Positions 24,693 through 38,400 of a stretch of 64,000 nucleotides of DNA are shown piece after piece. The stretch is from NCBI GenBank assembly GCA_030324005.1, contig JARDVH010000167.1, forward strand, positions 12,350,824 to 12,414,823. The letters are read 5' to 3'. Each line of letters opens with the position of its first letter. Position 1 is the first letter of the stretch. The position numbers were made by a program, and so were the translations under genes. The notes under the pieces are model-generated. The model did no database searches. It had not been told where the DNA came from and was given only the letters and a program-made list of their open reading frames with translations. Origin of the DNA: Negaprion brevirostris. Its lineage: Eukaryota.

Positions 24693-27239
24693 GTAGGTTT
24701 TCAGCTCAACCTCTGTCTTTCCCTTCTCTTCACAGTCGGTTGGTCGATCCTTACTTGCTTTAATTTTTATCTTTTTAAGTTTGCATTTTCTGGCTTCTGT
24801 TAGTGCCTGCTATCACAGTTGAACAATACAAAAAGGAGCTTTCAAAATAAAAAGCAAGGAATTATGCATGATATTTAAAATGAACTGCAAATTAGTAGTA
24901 AAGCTACAAAATGGGCGACTGCATTGATTCAACATATAAATATATTGTATACCTCTGGGTAAGGCACTTAGCTGCATTTCCAAGGGAAACTGAATGGGCA
25001 AGCTTCAAACCAAAGGTTTCACTTCACAAAATCTTTGGCATTTATTCGGTGGAAAAGACGATTTTTTTAAAAAAAATTAACTATTGCTCTGCTGTGACAT
25101 CCCTCCCAACACGTTCTTCCCTCCTCACATCCTGTAGTAACACAGACAATGTCATGCATCTAGGACTGAGGTGATGCATGCAGTGCGATTAATACCGGAG
25201 TACATTTCAGCAGTGATCAATGAGGCAATGTTATGCATGGCTACAGTCACAATACAAACTAGTTTCACACATTGTGGGAGTTCAAATCAGTTAGGAATCA
25301 CTTAAGATCAATGTTTAAAAAATTCTTTCCATTACAGTTCTTTGTAAGCCAGTATTGTTGGTTTTTCAGTTGATTTCCTTTGAAAAATGATGCAAACTAT
25401 ATAGTGAAGGCCAAAATAGCCTTGCCTTCAGGTGAAGTCCAGAGGCAGTAAGTCAAGCTCTATTTTGTTTTCTCATTCCTCTTGTGCTATCCCGTCTTGT
25501 CATCCTTCAGTTTAGGTGTGCACCCTCAGTGGAAGTCGGTGGGCATTCAGGACAGAGGGAAACATGGTGAGATAAACATTAGCAATGTTTTTTCCCTTCC
25601 CTGATGTTTTGAAATGCCCAACCAAAACCAGCAGATGTTGTGAGGAAAAATATTCGGAAGAGTAGCCGGGGCTTGAACTTGTGTCTTTGCTGTGAAGCCA
25701 AATGCTCTTGTCTCTGCAACATGAGTACCTGCTAGGACAAGCTCATGGTGAGGTTACCATTAAGTAATCATATTGGACAACCAGCAGAGACTGGTTGTAC
25801 CATCTGCCTTGTCACAGACAACTGGGCAATTCAAATGAAATGAGTAATTAGCTCCTGATAGCACGGCTCTGAGGTTTTTTAGTACCACTTGAATGAAAAA
25901 TTCAGCTAAAACGGGAAATGTTTCAGCTTTTTGTTATGTGACATTCTTTCCATGAACAAGTTGTGTCCAGATGACTGGACCTTGTGTCAAGAGTGTGCAA
26001 TCCACTATTGACCGGGGAAGGGAATCCATATTACACAACTTGTAAGGTGTAAGGCAGCAAGGTGTGCTGTTTTAAAACAAAACCTGTTTTAAAATCAGGT
26101 TTCGTTTAAAGACTTAAGAATATCTATGAGGTCTGTCCGTATTTAAAATGGTTGACATAGCCCATATTTGAATAAAAGTTGGCTTTAACCAAGTGCCTCT
26201 GTCAGAAAGGCCACATTTTTACTTTTACTGTTGTTGCAGTCTGCCAAGCATTTCCAATTTTTAATTCAGTTTCCAGATTTCTTTTGATCCTAATTTGTCA
26301 ATTATGAGCAAGTATCACAATGTGGTTTTGCAGAGAATTACAAAGCAGCAATTGAAAAGAGCAGTCTGTTGACATGGCTCACTCATTAACAGCAGATTGT
26401 TGAATAAGTTTGGCCAGTCGTGATGAGGATGATTTGTAATAGTTCAGGGCTTGGAGATTTAATTAATTACTTACTGTTATATAATTGGATCAGTAGTTTA
26501 ACAAATTCAGTCACCTTTTTTGCCCAAGCGCACAATCTGCCTCCCGTTTTGAGCATAGTTCAGTGGTAAAATGACCAGCAGATATCCCCTGTATTGGCAC
26601 TTAGTGTAGAGATGCAAGTGTAATGGCAGAGGGAAAGGATGGTTTTGATTTATTGGGTGGTGTCTGTACATTTTGTAGTGTAACTGGCAGACAGTACAGT
26701 GACCACGATATGTGACCAAAGCTACTGATTGGATCAGAAAGAATTGGGAAAGGGATGTAATCTTGTGCAATATTTCTGATCATCTGCTTCAAAATGCTCT
26801 GGAGTGAAATTTCTTCCTTCAAAAATGTTCATGAAAATCTCGGCCAGAAACAAAATTCAACATGAAGAATTTTACCCCAACGTATTTCAGTCATCTGTTT
26901 CTCCAGTAAGAGAAGTACCATGCCTGTTAGCAACACTCTCTGGCTAGGACTGAGTTGTGCATTCTTGAAAAGTTCTAATCTTGAACAAAGCACTACAAAG
27001 TGGCCACTGAATGAAAGNNNNNNNNNNNNNNNNNNNNNNNNNNNNNNNNNNNNNNNNNNNNNNNNNNNNNNNNNNNNNNNNNNNNNNNNNNNNNNNNNNN
27101 NNNNNNNNNNNNNNNNNNNNNNNNNNNNNNNNNNNNNNNNNNNNNNNATTAATGCTTCTATGTATTAGAAATATCCATTGATTTAAATGTTAAAAAATGC
27201 AAAATTTAACAGCAAAACTAATATGCAGCCAATTTTTAG

Positions 27240-27615
27240 GGCATGGTCACACAGTGGTTATGTTATTGGATGGGTCATCCTGAGGCCTGGACTAATAATT
27301 TAGATGTATCAGTTCAAATCCCACCACAGCATCTGGGAAACTTCAGTGCAGTCAGTAAATAAATGTGGAATTTAAGTGCTTGCAACAGTAATGGTTACCA
27401 TGAAACTATTATGCAATTCACAGTCTTAGCCTGTATGTGACTTCTGTACACAGCAATGTGGCTGACTTCCAGCTGCACTGAGTTAGCTGAGCAAACCACT
27501 CAGTTCTATGCAGGATGGTGGCTCACACCACTACCGTTCTGACGACAATTTGAGATGTGCCACAAGTGCTGGCCTGGTATCAATGCCCCCATCTTGTTGA
27601 ATGAACAAAAAAAAG
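27240..27615 (+). mobile_element. tRNA-headed SINE with L2-like tail
   Basis: cagtggtta..agttcaaatccc head; tail ends tgaatgaacaaaaaaaa. Confidence 0.55.
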
Positions 27616-28142
27616 TTGTGTTATTTTTAAAAAATTCAAATTATAAACGTATTCAGCAACAGGGAAAAATTAGGTTTCATAAATGTAATGCCACTAAAGC
27701 AAGCCAAAGCCCAATCTGAGAAAGCAAAGATGAATGGCTGTCAAAATCTGAGCAGCTGGTTTGCAGTGTGCTTTGAATTTTAATATTCTAATGATAAAGA
27801 CTCTGAAAATGTACCCAGTCAGGTAATTTGTCCATTGATTCCTCAAGAAACAGCTTCCCACCCTCCGTATTAAGATGATAGTGATTGACCAAAGGCATTG
27901 CATAATGCCTTAGAAGATGAATTGTTTTAACCTAATTTATTAATTTTTCGGCATCCCTCAGTTCCAGCAGTGTCAGAATATACTGGAATATTTCATGAGT
28001 GGCAGTTTTAAGTTTTCCAAATGAAGCAACCATTTGCACTGATTGCAGACCATAAAACCAACTAGTTTGAGCCTCACTGGAATCAGGAAAGGCCTAGCTG
28101 CACATGTGCAATCTTTCTGCATTTGGGTGTATAGTATGAGTT

Positions 28143-28795
28143 CATAAGACATAGGAGAAGAATTCAGCCATTCAGCTCATGGGGTCTGCTTCACCATTCG
28201 ATCATGGCTGATATGCTCCTCAAACCCATTTTCCTGCCTTCTCCCCATAACCCTTGAATCCATTACCAATAAAAAAATCTGTCTAACTCCCCAAATTTAC
28301 TCACTGTCCCAGCATCCACTGCACTTTGGGGCAGCAAACTCCACAGATTCACAACCCTTTGGGAGAATTAGTTTCTCCTCCGCTCTATTTTAAATTTGCT
28401 ACCCCTTAATCCTAAGACTATGACCTCTTGTCATAGAATGCTCCACATCTATCCATAGTTTTTATCATCTTGTATACCTCAATTTGATCTCCCTCGTTCT
28501 TCTAAATTCCAGAGAGCATAGGCCTAAACTGTTCAATCTCTTCTCATACGACAAACCGCTTATCTCTGGAATCAACCGAATGAATCTGCTCTCAACCATC
28601 TCCAATGCCACTACATCTTTCCTCAAATAAGAGGACCAAAAATATGCACAATACTCCAAGTGCAGCCTCCCTAATGCCTTGTGTGGTTGCAACACTACCT
28701 CCTTACCTTTATATTCTGTTCCTTTAGCTATAAATGCCAACATTCCATGTGCATTCTTTATGATCTGCTGTACTTGCATGCTAGTTTTGTGTAGA
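28143..28795 (-). mobile_element. CR1 LINE 3' fragment
   Basis: Minus ORF 28465-28803 GMLAFIAKG..HLEYCAYFWS..GLSYEKRLNSLGL. Confidence 0.85.
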
Positions 28796-31700
28796 TAGAT
28801 CATTGCCCTTTGAGGAAGGAAACTTAGACCCTAAACCTGGTATGGTTGAGTGAGCACTTGGTTGCATTCAATGCGGCGGCTTGCCCCCACCTTCTCAAAG
28901 GGAATTACGGATGGGCAGTCAATTCTGGCCATGTCAGCAATGCCCACATCCGATAAATGAATAAAGCAAAAATTAAAATTTTCTTTCACATTTGTAGTAA
29001 TGATGTTGAATGAGATTCATATAGAAGATGACACTCAGATCCTTGCACTGCTGTGAAGCCATGAACTACGCATGGTCAAACCAAGTAACTGATTTTTGAG
29101 TTGCAATAGCCTCCTGAACATTTTATGACATGGCTGATAATGGCTATGTTAGATGAGGGCACAGTGACATTCATAGCAGACTTGAGATATGTCCATGAAT
29201 GGTAAATAATTGTAAGTCTTAGTATTGTTTGTACTTGTCCACTGTTTTGATGGCCAATAGGATTTTTTTGGTCATTTAATTTTGCCAGAAGTCTAACAAG
29301 TTGTCACATTTCCCTTCCATAACACTGTAGTACTGTTACTGCATGACAAGAAATGCTGATAATGGAAGGTCTAACTTGATGACCAAAGTGCCAGGTGAAG
29401 AGAAACAGACATTAGCATCAGGTTGATGTGATGTGTCTCACGGTCTGTGACTCAAAGCCACAATCACACCCTGGGTTGTCCCTCACCTTCCATTTGTGGA
29501 GTGGGTGACACACTGTCCTTGTTTGATGCTGATTCACTTGAATGCTGTCCGCTGTCCACTGCCCTCAAGCAAGATGAACTCGGGTACCACTGCTGTTGGG
29601 CCTGTGGTGACTCTTTATTCTGCACGCATTCCACAATTCTGTCCAACTGGATAGGTTAACACCAAACCACAGGATAAATGTTAGCTGCTGTTTCCCCAAA
29701 GAGCTGGTGCCATTTTGAGTGCTTTCAAGTTGATTTTTATCTTTTCATCAGTGGAAGGCCGGTGTTGTTTGTGCTTTTTCTCTATTTTATGTAGCACAAT
29801 GACGTTGCAAATGGGTTGGTGTGACACAGCTTTGGATGCTGCTCAGCAATTCTGATACTGTCCAGATGACCCTGTTTATTCGCATGTCTAGCATCTTCGT
29901 ATGCATAGCTGTCGTACTGTGAGGCAAAGCAGTCTTAAGCAACACAGTAGACAAGGGCCAGTGTTGCGGCCTGTGTTCTGGCTGTGCTCTCCAATCACAT
30001 TCCAGCAAGTTTTCAAACCAAGCTCACTCTGGTTTATACTTTCTGGTCTGTATTGATGAGATGAAGTTGATAGGTGAGAGTGAAAGCATAAAATCATTGC
30101 AACCCATTTAATTTTAAAATCGCAATTTGGTTTGAAGATCATCTACAGATCAGGAATTGCTGTTTTGGTGGAAGAAGCGAGAATTATAACATTAATTGAC
30201 ACTTCTTGAGTATTTGGATCAAAAGGGTAGACAAAGAAAAATGTCTGTCAGATATGAACAAGCATGAGCTTGTTTGTCTTCATGTTGTTGGATAGGTTAC
30301 ACGAAATGAAGGGGTAGATCATCCCATTTGGAGGATAGGTTGGTATAACAGAATAGATTATAGCTGCTGCTACTGTAACCAAGAAAATGGACATTAGTTA
30401 AGTAGAAGTACAGATCCATTATGATTTTTCTTCCCAAAGCGCCTTCAAAGATTATTTCTGGGAGGGAGGCGGAGGAGATTGGAAAGTTATCATCCTATTG
30501 CCCTCATTAGAAAGAAAGTATTTGATTGATGCTTCCGCGGGCATGAGTGGCTCTCCAGTCACTCCTTCATGCATCTATTTATTCCTAAACCATACCCTGT
30601 CTTTGCCAAGAAATGATAATGATCAGAAGTATAAGATCTGGCTGATTGAGGCAATTTTTAAAGATCCTAACTGTAATCAGCCAACTCAAACTAGGATAGC
30701 AGATAGAAACTAGGAGCTGCCTGCTCTGAATGACTCAGTATTACATCAGTCCAAGCCATGGGGTTTATTGTAAGCTATGTTTCACATATCTGCTATGAAA
30801 TGATTGCAAATGATGTGTTTGCCAAAATCTTCTCACACCATATGCAATTCTCTAACTAAATTGCATTGTTGGCAAACAACTTTCTGAGTTAGAAGTGGAG
30901 AGAAGTCGGGATGATGTGGTGGCTTGAATCTTTTGTCCTGCCCGCTGTGGCAGTTGTCGCAAGTGGGATGGAGAATCTGACGGACAAGCAAAAAGTCTGT
31001 TGACCTTGGGCAGGAATTTCCATGCCGGGGGTGAGCAGGACCAGGAAACCCCAACTGGTATCTTTTAGAAGGTGTGTCTTTGCAAATTAATTATGTGCAT
31101 TGTAGCCTTCACAGCGTAGAAAGTTAAGATTTTTATTTTATTCACAGATTTTTGATATGCAAAGCACCTTATTTCTTCTAACATGTTGTATGTTTCAGGT
31201 TTCCACTGCAAAATATTAATTTTATTGTCATTCTTAATGGGGAGCAGTCAACTTCTTATTTCTGCTTGGCAAATGCTGGTACACCTCAGTGCATCTACAA
31301 TGCATTTATTGGACCTCCCAAGTTTCAGTTCGATCCTGTGCCGCCTTTAAACTATTTGGAGTAGATTTGTGCCTTTGTCGTGCCCATTGGATAACAGTAA
31401 ACATGGTTAAGCTAGCATTGCTTTTGGTTACTTATTGACCTTTATATACAAATGCCACACTCAACACTAAATGGTGAACACTCCAACTTAATCATGAAAT
31501 GAGCACAGTAATGGTGTTGTGAAGGAGACTGTACTCTGTTGTCTCAAAACGGTCTTTTAATTGATACTTTCTTTCTCAAAAAGCAGGAATGGTTTAAATC
31601 ATTTGCATATGTTCAATGAGTATTTTTCCAGAATATCTGTTTCTAGGGATTAATCCACTTGGTGTTTTGAATTTCTTTGGTCTTTATCCCTATGTCAGTT

Positions 31701-33365
31701 GAACATGATTTAGTCTTATCTCAATTTGACTTCACTTTCTTCAGTGCATCTTTGTTTAAATACAATATATTTGTGACTGAGCTGTGCCAGAGCAGCCTAG
31801 TTTTGTTCCTCAACCATTTATTGGCCTTTGTCTTCAGGATTGACAAGTTAATTGATTCATTGCTTATTTATGTGTCAGTCGTTATTAGCTGACAGTGAAG
31901 TTGAGCAGCAGATGTGAAGGGCATGCTGCAAGTTTTACACACCCTTGATTTCCAGTTCTGCTGAGGTGGAAGGTTCAGAGCGGAGGTGAGAGGCTTCCCC
32001 TAAGAGAGGAAAAGATAGGAAGAGGGCAAGGCAATTTATGGTGCTCTTAGGCCTTAGCCTGCCTTCTTGTACAAGACTGGCAGGGAAGGAGTTAAAGACA
32101 ACAACTAATGTTTTTCAAAACAAAATTTGGAGGGGAATCTAAGTAAGCAAGGGGATCATCTCCAAGTGCCTCATTTTAACACCGTGGATTAATCCCTGGT
32201 TTTAAAGGTGTGCAAAATAAATTAATGACACTAATGCTCCGGTGACTGGTTTCAGAGAAGTGTAACGTTAACACAAAATACAGCAACAATCCCATATGGA
32301 AGCACAGAGAGAGTCATAAAGGTACACACTGCAACATTCAGGTCCATCATTACATTCTGCATGAACTATCCTTTACATAAAACCCCTTATTTGAACAAGT
32401 CCTTTGGTCATTCATTTTGTTACAATGATCATTTGTTTTTTGCTTGACGGTACATGTAGTGGGGTAAGAAAACTATTTAGGGCATGGTATTGTTCACCTG
32501 TGTGGTAGCGTATTTTTACATTCTACCTACAGTCTTGGTTTCTCTCTTGCTTCCTTTTGACAGCACTCTGCCCTGTTCTGTCCCCTTCCTTTTATATTTT
32601 AATTTGCTGTTTATCTACCAGGCTGCGCATTTCTATCCCATCATTGGTCTGTTGGAGGGATGATGGGAAAACCAAGTGGACATTCATTCTGAACTAGTCT
32701 AATTGTGTGCTCAGAGGTTCAAGGTAGTCAATGAGCATGTTCAGCACTACAGGGAAGTTCATCTTGAAGTGAAGATTTTTCAGTAGGGAAAAGGGTTTTA
32801 TAAATAATCAGCTTGCATAGATAATGTCTACTGTGGCACTTTGCACCAGATTGTGTCTACATGTTTGCTGAATTTTCCCTCCCAGTAAGATTGGTAAGAA
32901 GAATAGGAATGACAACAGCAAATAATAAAAGCTGTAACTTTTAGGAAGAAGGTGCTTTGTTTCCTCCAAGTATCCCTCACCAAATGAATGAGGAAAAAAT
33001 ACAGGAAAAGATTTTAAAACAGTTAAGAGTCCATTTGACAACAGTTGTTGCTGGTATCACTCCGAGAGCAAAATGTTTACTAATGTGCATCAAGTTATTT
33101 ATTCAGTGCTCATCAGTGTAGATTCTTTTTGTATACAGTTATATTCCCTCGAAGTCCTCTTATACCATCCCAGGCTTTTGTTTCTCAACCAGATGCCAAA
33201 AGAATAGAAAGTGTGGGATGAGCATCTTCAGTTCTGTGCAGAAAATTGTTCTGGAATTGTTTTTGTTTGAGTAGAGAAAATTAAGGGAAAATTTAATGCT
33301 GAAAATTATGAAATTATGATCAAGCACATAAAAAGAAACTGTTTTCACTGGTAAAAAGGTTTGTA

Positions 33366-34424
33366 AAAGAAGATGCAGACTGGCGTAAGAACCAGAGGTT
33401 AGGCTTTTTGTTAAGGCACTGGGTTTTTGATGATCTTGAATACTCTGTCTGCAAAGTCAGTGCAAGAAATTAAATTGTAACTTTCAAAAGAAAAATCAAT
33501 ATTTCCTTGAAATGGGAAAAAATGCAGTTCTCTGGGGCAAGAACAGGTGATCAATCTTTCAAAGGGCCAGCAAAAGCATCTTGGCTGAGAGATCACTTCC
33601 TCTGCTGTCAGATTCCATGATGCCTGCTTCCCTGATGTATTCACTTGTGGCCCAGCACATCATGGTTGACATTGTGCTTCTCTTTAGAGTATTGGTCAAA
33701 TTCAAACAAATATTTACATTTTATGGATTTGCTATACTATTTGAATTTCATGCCATTATTTGCGGCAGGAAATCAACACTGACGTTGGCACATCTGACGC
33801 AGCCAAACCACTCGGTTTGCTATTCAAGTAGGAATTCAGATTAGAAATTGTCATTTCCTTGCTTTTCATTTGCTATAAATCCATGGGACCAAAAATTTAA
33901 AATTGCAGGAAACCCTGATGATTTTTCATTCATTTTTGTCATTCATGCTGTGGCAAACATGGAAATCATTAGACAGATCTCCAAATGAGCTGTCCACTAC
34001 GTTCCATACTTGGGTCCTTTCTCCATTATCATTTTTGTTTAAATATTTATCCACTTCTCTGCAGAAAAATGAATGCTCCTGAAAGTACGTGCTCATTGAC
34101 CAAGTGCATGATGGTAACTATCGAGCAGACTCCCAAATTAAAAAGTGAGGAGTCACCCATCGCACTCCAGTCAACTGCTGATAGGTCCAAAGAAGATGCA
34201 GATTGGCGTAAGAACCAGAAGTTAGGCTTTTTTTTTAAGGCACTGAGTTTTGATGATCTTGAATACTCTGTCTGAAAAGTCAGTGCAACAAATTAAATTG
34301 TAACTTTCAAAAGAAAAATCAATATTTCCTTGAATTGGGAAAAAATGCAGTGCTCTGGGGCAAGAACAGGTGATCAATCTATCAAAGGGCCAGCAAAAGC
34401 ATCTTGGCTGAGAGATCACTTCCT
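33366..34424 (+). repeat. Direct repeat, 2 x 236 bp (33366-33601 and 34189-34424)
   Basis: About 9 differences by eye; the unit is part of a decayed CR1 3' end. Confidence 0.9.
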
Positions 34425-34681
34425 GTGTGGGAAAAGAAACAGATTATCCAATAACCTGAATTCCAAGAGAAGGTAGGAATTTACTACAGTATGAAATCTC
34501 TTCAAAGTTGCTCATTCAGTCAAAGATGAACAGCAAATTAACACAGAGTTATTGGTTGGGCAAGGAGGGTGAAGGGAGTGTGGGAAAGGGGGAGTTAGCC
34601 AAAAGCTTGGTTAGATGAGGGTGTTAAGGTTAAAAGCAGAGAAAGAGACATAGAGGTTCAGTTTTGGAAATGCATGACAAA

Positions 34682-34821
34682 CATGATTTGGAGATGCTGG
34701 TGTTGGACTGCGGTAAACTGGAGAGTTCCACTCACCTGACGAAGGGGCAAACCCTGAAAGCTTGTGGGTTTACTGTCAACAAACTTGTTGGACTTTAACC
34801 TGGTGTTGTGAGACTTCTTAC
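34682..34821. mobile_element. Short Penelope-like element terminus with internal inversion
   Basis: Shares ttggactttaacctggtgttgtgagacttcttac and the inverted tail with copies at 1442-1599 and 55608-55720; catgacaaa is repeated on both flanks. Confidence 0.7.
34730..34769 (+). ncRNA. Minimal type I hammerhead ribozyme motif within a Penelope-like element end
   Basis: ACUCAC-CUGACGA-A-GGGG-caaa-CCCU-GAAA-GC-UU-GUGGGU: both core boxes intact, 6-bp stem I, 4-bp stem II, palindromic AGCU in place of stem III. Confidence 0.75.
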
Positions 34822-37179
34822 AGGACATGACAAAGACAGAGATGGCTGAAGGCACAATCACTAATCCAGGAAGTGGGGATGAAGGATAGAGGGACAAAAG
34901 TCCAGAGTTAGAGGGATGTTTGTAGTGCTGAAAGACGGAGCTTTGAAATGATGCAAAATGGTCAGTACATGGTGGAGAGATCAGCCAGAAAAGCACATGA
35001 GTGGATTGTGGTGGTGACAAATGCATGGATGTGTGTTTTCTGAACAAATGAGCTGAAGCAGGTTATGTTGTTGAGTTGGAAGGAAGTGTTCACTGTGATG
35101 GAGGGATGAGATGATGTCAGAAGTTGAGCTCAGGGATGTATGAGGTCGCAAGGTTTCAAGTAATCGAATTCAACCTGAGACAGTGGCTGAAGAAGTGGCT
35201 GGAACTGCCATGAGGGACTATGATCTGTGGCATGGACCAAAGACAATGGAATTATGGAACACTGCATGTTGGATAACACAGCTGAGGGAGATGGTGGAGA
35301 AGTAGAACTGGATGTTGTCAGCATACATTGAAACTGAGCCCATGTTTTCAGATGATGTTATAAAGTGGGAGGAGGCCCAAGATCAGATCAGTTGCATTTT
35401 AAAAGTATTAAGTTATCGAAGTCATAAGATTAGCAACTTGGAACAGACTCTATTGGTAGAAGTTCACAATGAGGTATATAATAATTTCAGGGAGAAACAG
35501 CATTAACTGGCTTCATACTCTGTTTCCTCATAGCACCAATATTGATTGTTGATTTTTCTAAAGCAGCTTACTCACAATTATTTCAAGTGTAGATGAAATG
35601 CAAAGAAGGAACAAGCATTTGGTTAAATCATGTCGGAAAGGTGTGACAGTCTGAGTAGCTGAATCAGTCACTAAAAGCTTGAATCCCAAATGAAGAATGC
35701 AGTTGAAGCAGACAAATCGCTTTGCTAACCCAATGGACTGATGAGTTTCCACTACGAAAAGCAGTTCTGTTGAATGAGGTTATGTCTTGTGCAATTATCA
35801 CACCTTGATGTTTTAATTTGACCAATAATGAATTGAACTTGAGTAAAATAACAAAGGACATGTGCATTTGGGAAAATTAGGTAATTTGTTACTCACAAGG
35901 CAATGAATCAGAAAAACTATGAACTTGCATATTTGACAGAATTTTCCAGCCCCTAAGATGTATTCAATCAAGATTAATTTCCATTGTCCCTTCAAAAGAG
36001 AACATGAGTGGAATTGTTCAAAATTATAGGACCTTCAAATGGAGTTGCAATGACTGAATGAACAGGTGCAATTTGCTTGTGGCAGACAATCTCAGAAAAA
36101 TCAGCACTCTGAGTTAAAAGGCAGACTACTGACCACAGTTTCCCATCATCCACTCAAGCAATGTCATATTTCAGGATATATTCAGCTAGTTTTATTGTTA
36201 CAAGCCGATTAAGAATATTGGTTGTCCACAGTAAATTCAATATTTCTTTGTCATGGCCCTTGGTGATGGTATTTCAGAGCTGTTAGCAGTCATTACTAAA
36301 GGAAACCAACATATTGTGGCAGGGTTATTTATTTAGGCCTCCTGCATTTCTGTGCATCAAGATGAGGAAGCCAACCTGAGGCCGAATCTGGTTCAGACCC
36401 ATTCAGCTCCTTGCCAAAGCTGAGTATTTGAAATCCTTACTGTTGAATTTCCACTGGACTCAGACTTGAGGCTTGTTCGGACAAACGCTTTACTCGATTA
36501 AAGCAGCCTATTCAGGTGCGACCAAGAATTAAAAAGGCACGAGCATTATTTGGAAGCCGGTCAAAACAATTAGATTGCCTACTGATTGGTAAGATTCAGG
36601 AGGCCGAGGTCGATATGTAACAGCTGTGAGAAACAGGACCAACAGGTTTAAGAAAGAAAAGAACTAATTACGAGGTCATTTTTTTAAAAATAAAATTTGA
36701 AGGAAAACAATGCTTGTGTAAATACTTTCGTTCGACATGTCAAACTGCGAGCCCCAACAATACATTAACTAAACTAATCAAAAGCATAGCCTATAAATGC
36801 TACCTAACATTTGAGGGTACTTGATTCAGTTCCCTACTCTTAAATTCTGATTTTTACCATATAGGCTCTGGAGGAGATGATTGTGCAACATAACCATCCA
36901 GTTCAGTGCTCTGGTTTTCTTTCCAGGTTCAATTCACCTGCACACATTTGGCCTCCATTCTTGTTGCTGTTTGACATTTTATTCGTGTTGAAAATTCTTT
37001 TTTCCTTTATACTTGGCATTTTTGAATATATTTTCTGACTGCACATACCATACATGGCCAAATCAGGAGACTTTTTTCATCCAACACTTCTCACCATGTT
37101 GTGTTGTCAGCCCCCAGTAAGTGCAATTCAAACCCATAAGAACTGCTAATTAATATCCCAATTATCTTACAAAATGCAA

Positions 37180-38400
37180 ACCACAACTCAGTAATATCTT
37201 TATAGCAACTTTAACATCATCAAACAAATTTTGACTCTGGGTCATGTAAGGACAAATTGCGACAGGTCACCAAAAGCTTTATTGAAGTTTTTATGGTTTG
37301 CCTTGTCAGAGGAGTGAGAGAATAAGGGAGCAACTTCCAGAGTTTAAAGGCTTGGAAGCTGAAGGAATGGCCCCCATTGATGGAGCAGTTAAATCATGAT
37401 TGTTCAAGCGTCCAAACTGGGGAGCACAGAGATCTTGGAGGGTTGTTAGCCTCAAGGAGGTTATAGAGATAGGGAAGGGTGAGTCCAAAGAGGGATTTGT
37501 CACAAAGAGGAGAATTTTAAAATTGAAGCTTACCCAGTTGGCAGCATGTAAGTCAGTGACCAGAAGAGTGATGGGTGAACAGGACCTGATGTGAGTTAGG
37601 ACGTGGGAAACAGTTTTAGTTGCATTCTCATCCACAGAAAGTGCAACATGGGACTTCCATGTTCATTGAATNNNNNNNNNNNNNNNNNNNNNNNNNNNNN
37701 NNNNNNNNNNNNNNNNNNNNNNNNNNNNNNNNNNNNNNNNNNNNNNNNNNNNNNNNNNNNNNNNNNNNNNNCGCATTTGAAGCAACAAAGGCATGGATGA
37801 GGGTTTCAGCAGTAGTGGATCTGAAGTGGTAATGGAGTCAAGTAATATTACAGAGTTCGGAAGGAGGCTATTTCATTGATGGAGAGTATATGGCAGTGGA
37901 AGATCAGCTGAAGGTTAAATGATACCAAAACTGTGAATGGTCAGGTTCAAACTCAGAGAGTGCCCATGGATAAAGATAAAGTCAGAAATTAAGAATGAAG
38001 CTTCTGGTGGTGACCAAAGACATTAATATCAGTTCCTCCATTATTTTAAGTTGAAAAATTCTGCTTATCTGGTCCTGGCTAAGCATAATAGCAAATCATG
38101 GGTAGTGGAAGGTAGGGGGAAGTTAGGACAAGGGTTCATAGGTGTTACTTGGCAGTTTTGAAGTTGTGTTTTTGAAAGGTGTTATTAAAAGGCAGCATAT
38201 GTTAGCTCCTTGGGGTAATGGTGCAAGTATTGGAAGAGAAACCATTGCAGGGGATATCCAGTTTAGGCTGAATGGATCAGTGAGTCTAGTGCCAGTCAGC
38301 TGAACAATAGTGGAAAGTGTTCGATGATAGTGTTGTCAACTGTTGAAGTTTGCAAACAGGTTGAGAAAGGCAAGGAAAGACAATTTACTATGGTCACATA
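37180..38400 (-). mobile_element. Decayed L2-like LINE
   Basis: Minus ORF HVLTHIRSCSPITLLVTDLH..FKILLFV resembles the L2 ORF2 C-terminus (HITP.L..LHWL..FKIL). Confidence 0.65.

Noticed and set aside
35738-35775. CTGATGA...GAAA hammerhead-like spacing
   Set aside because: Stem II is only 2 bp, there is no valid UH cleavage site and no stem I.
36865-37038. Possible terminal exon ALEEMIVQHNHPV with a hydrophobic tail
   Set aside because: Modest acceptor, no good donor, only chance-level resemblance to ALEPQTTVIHNPV; U-rich DNA explains the tail.
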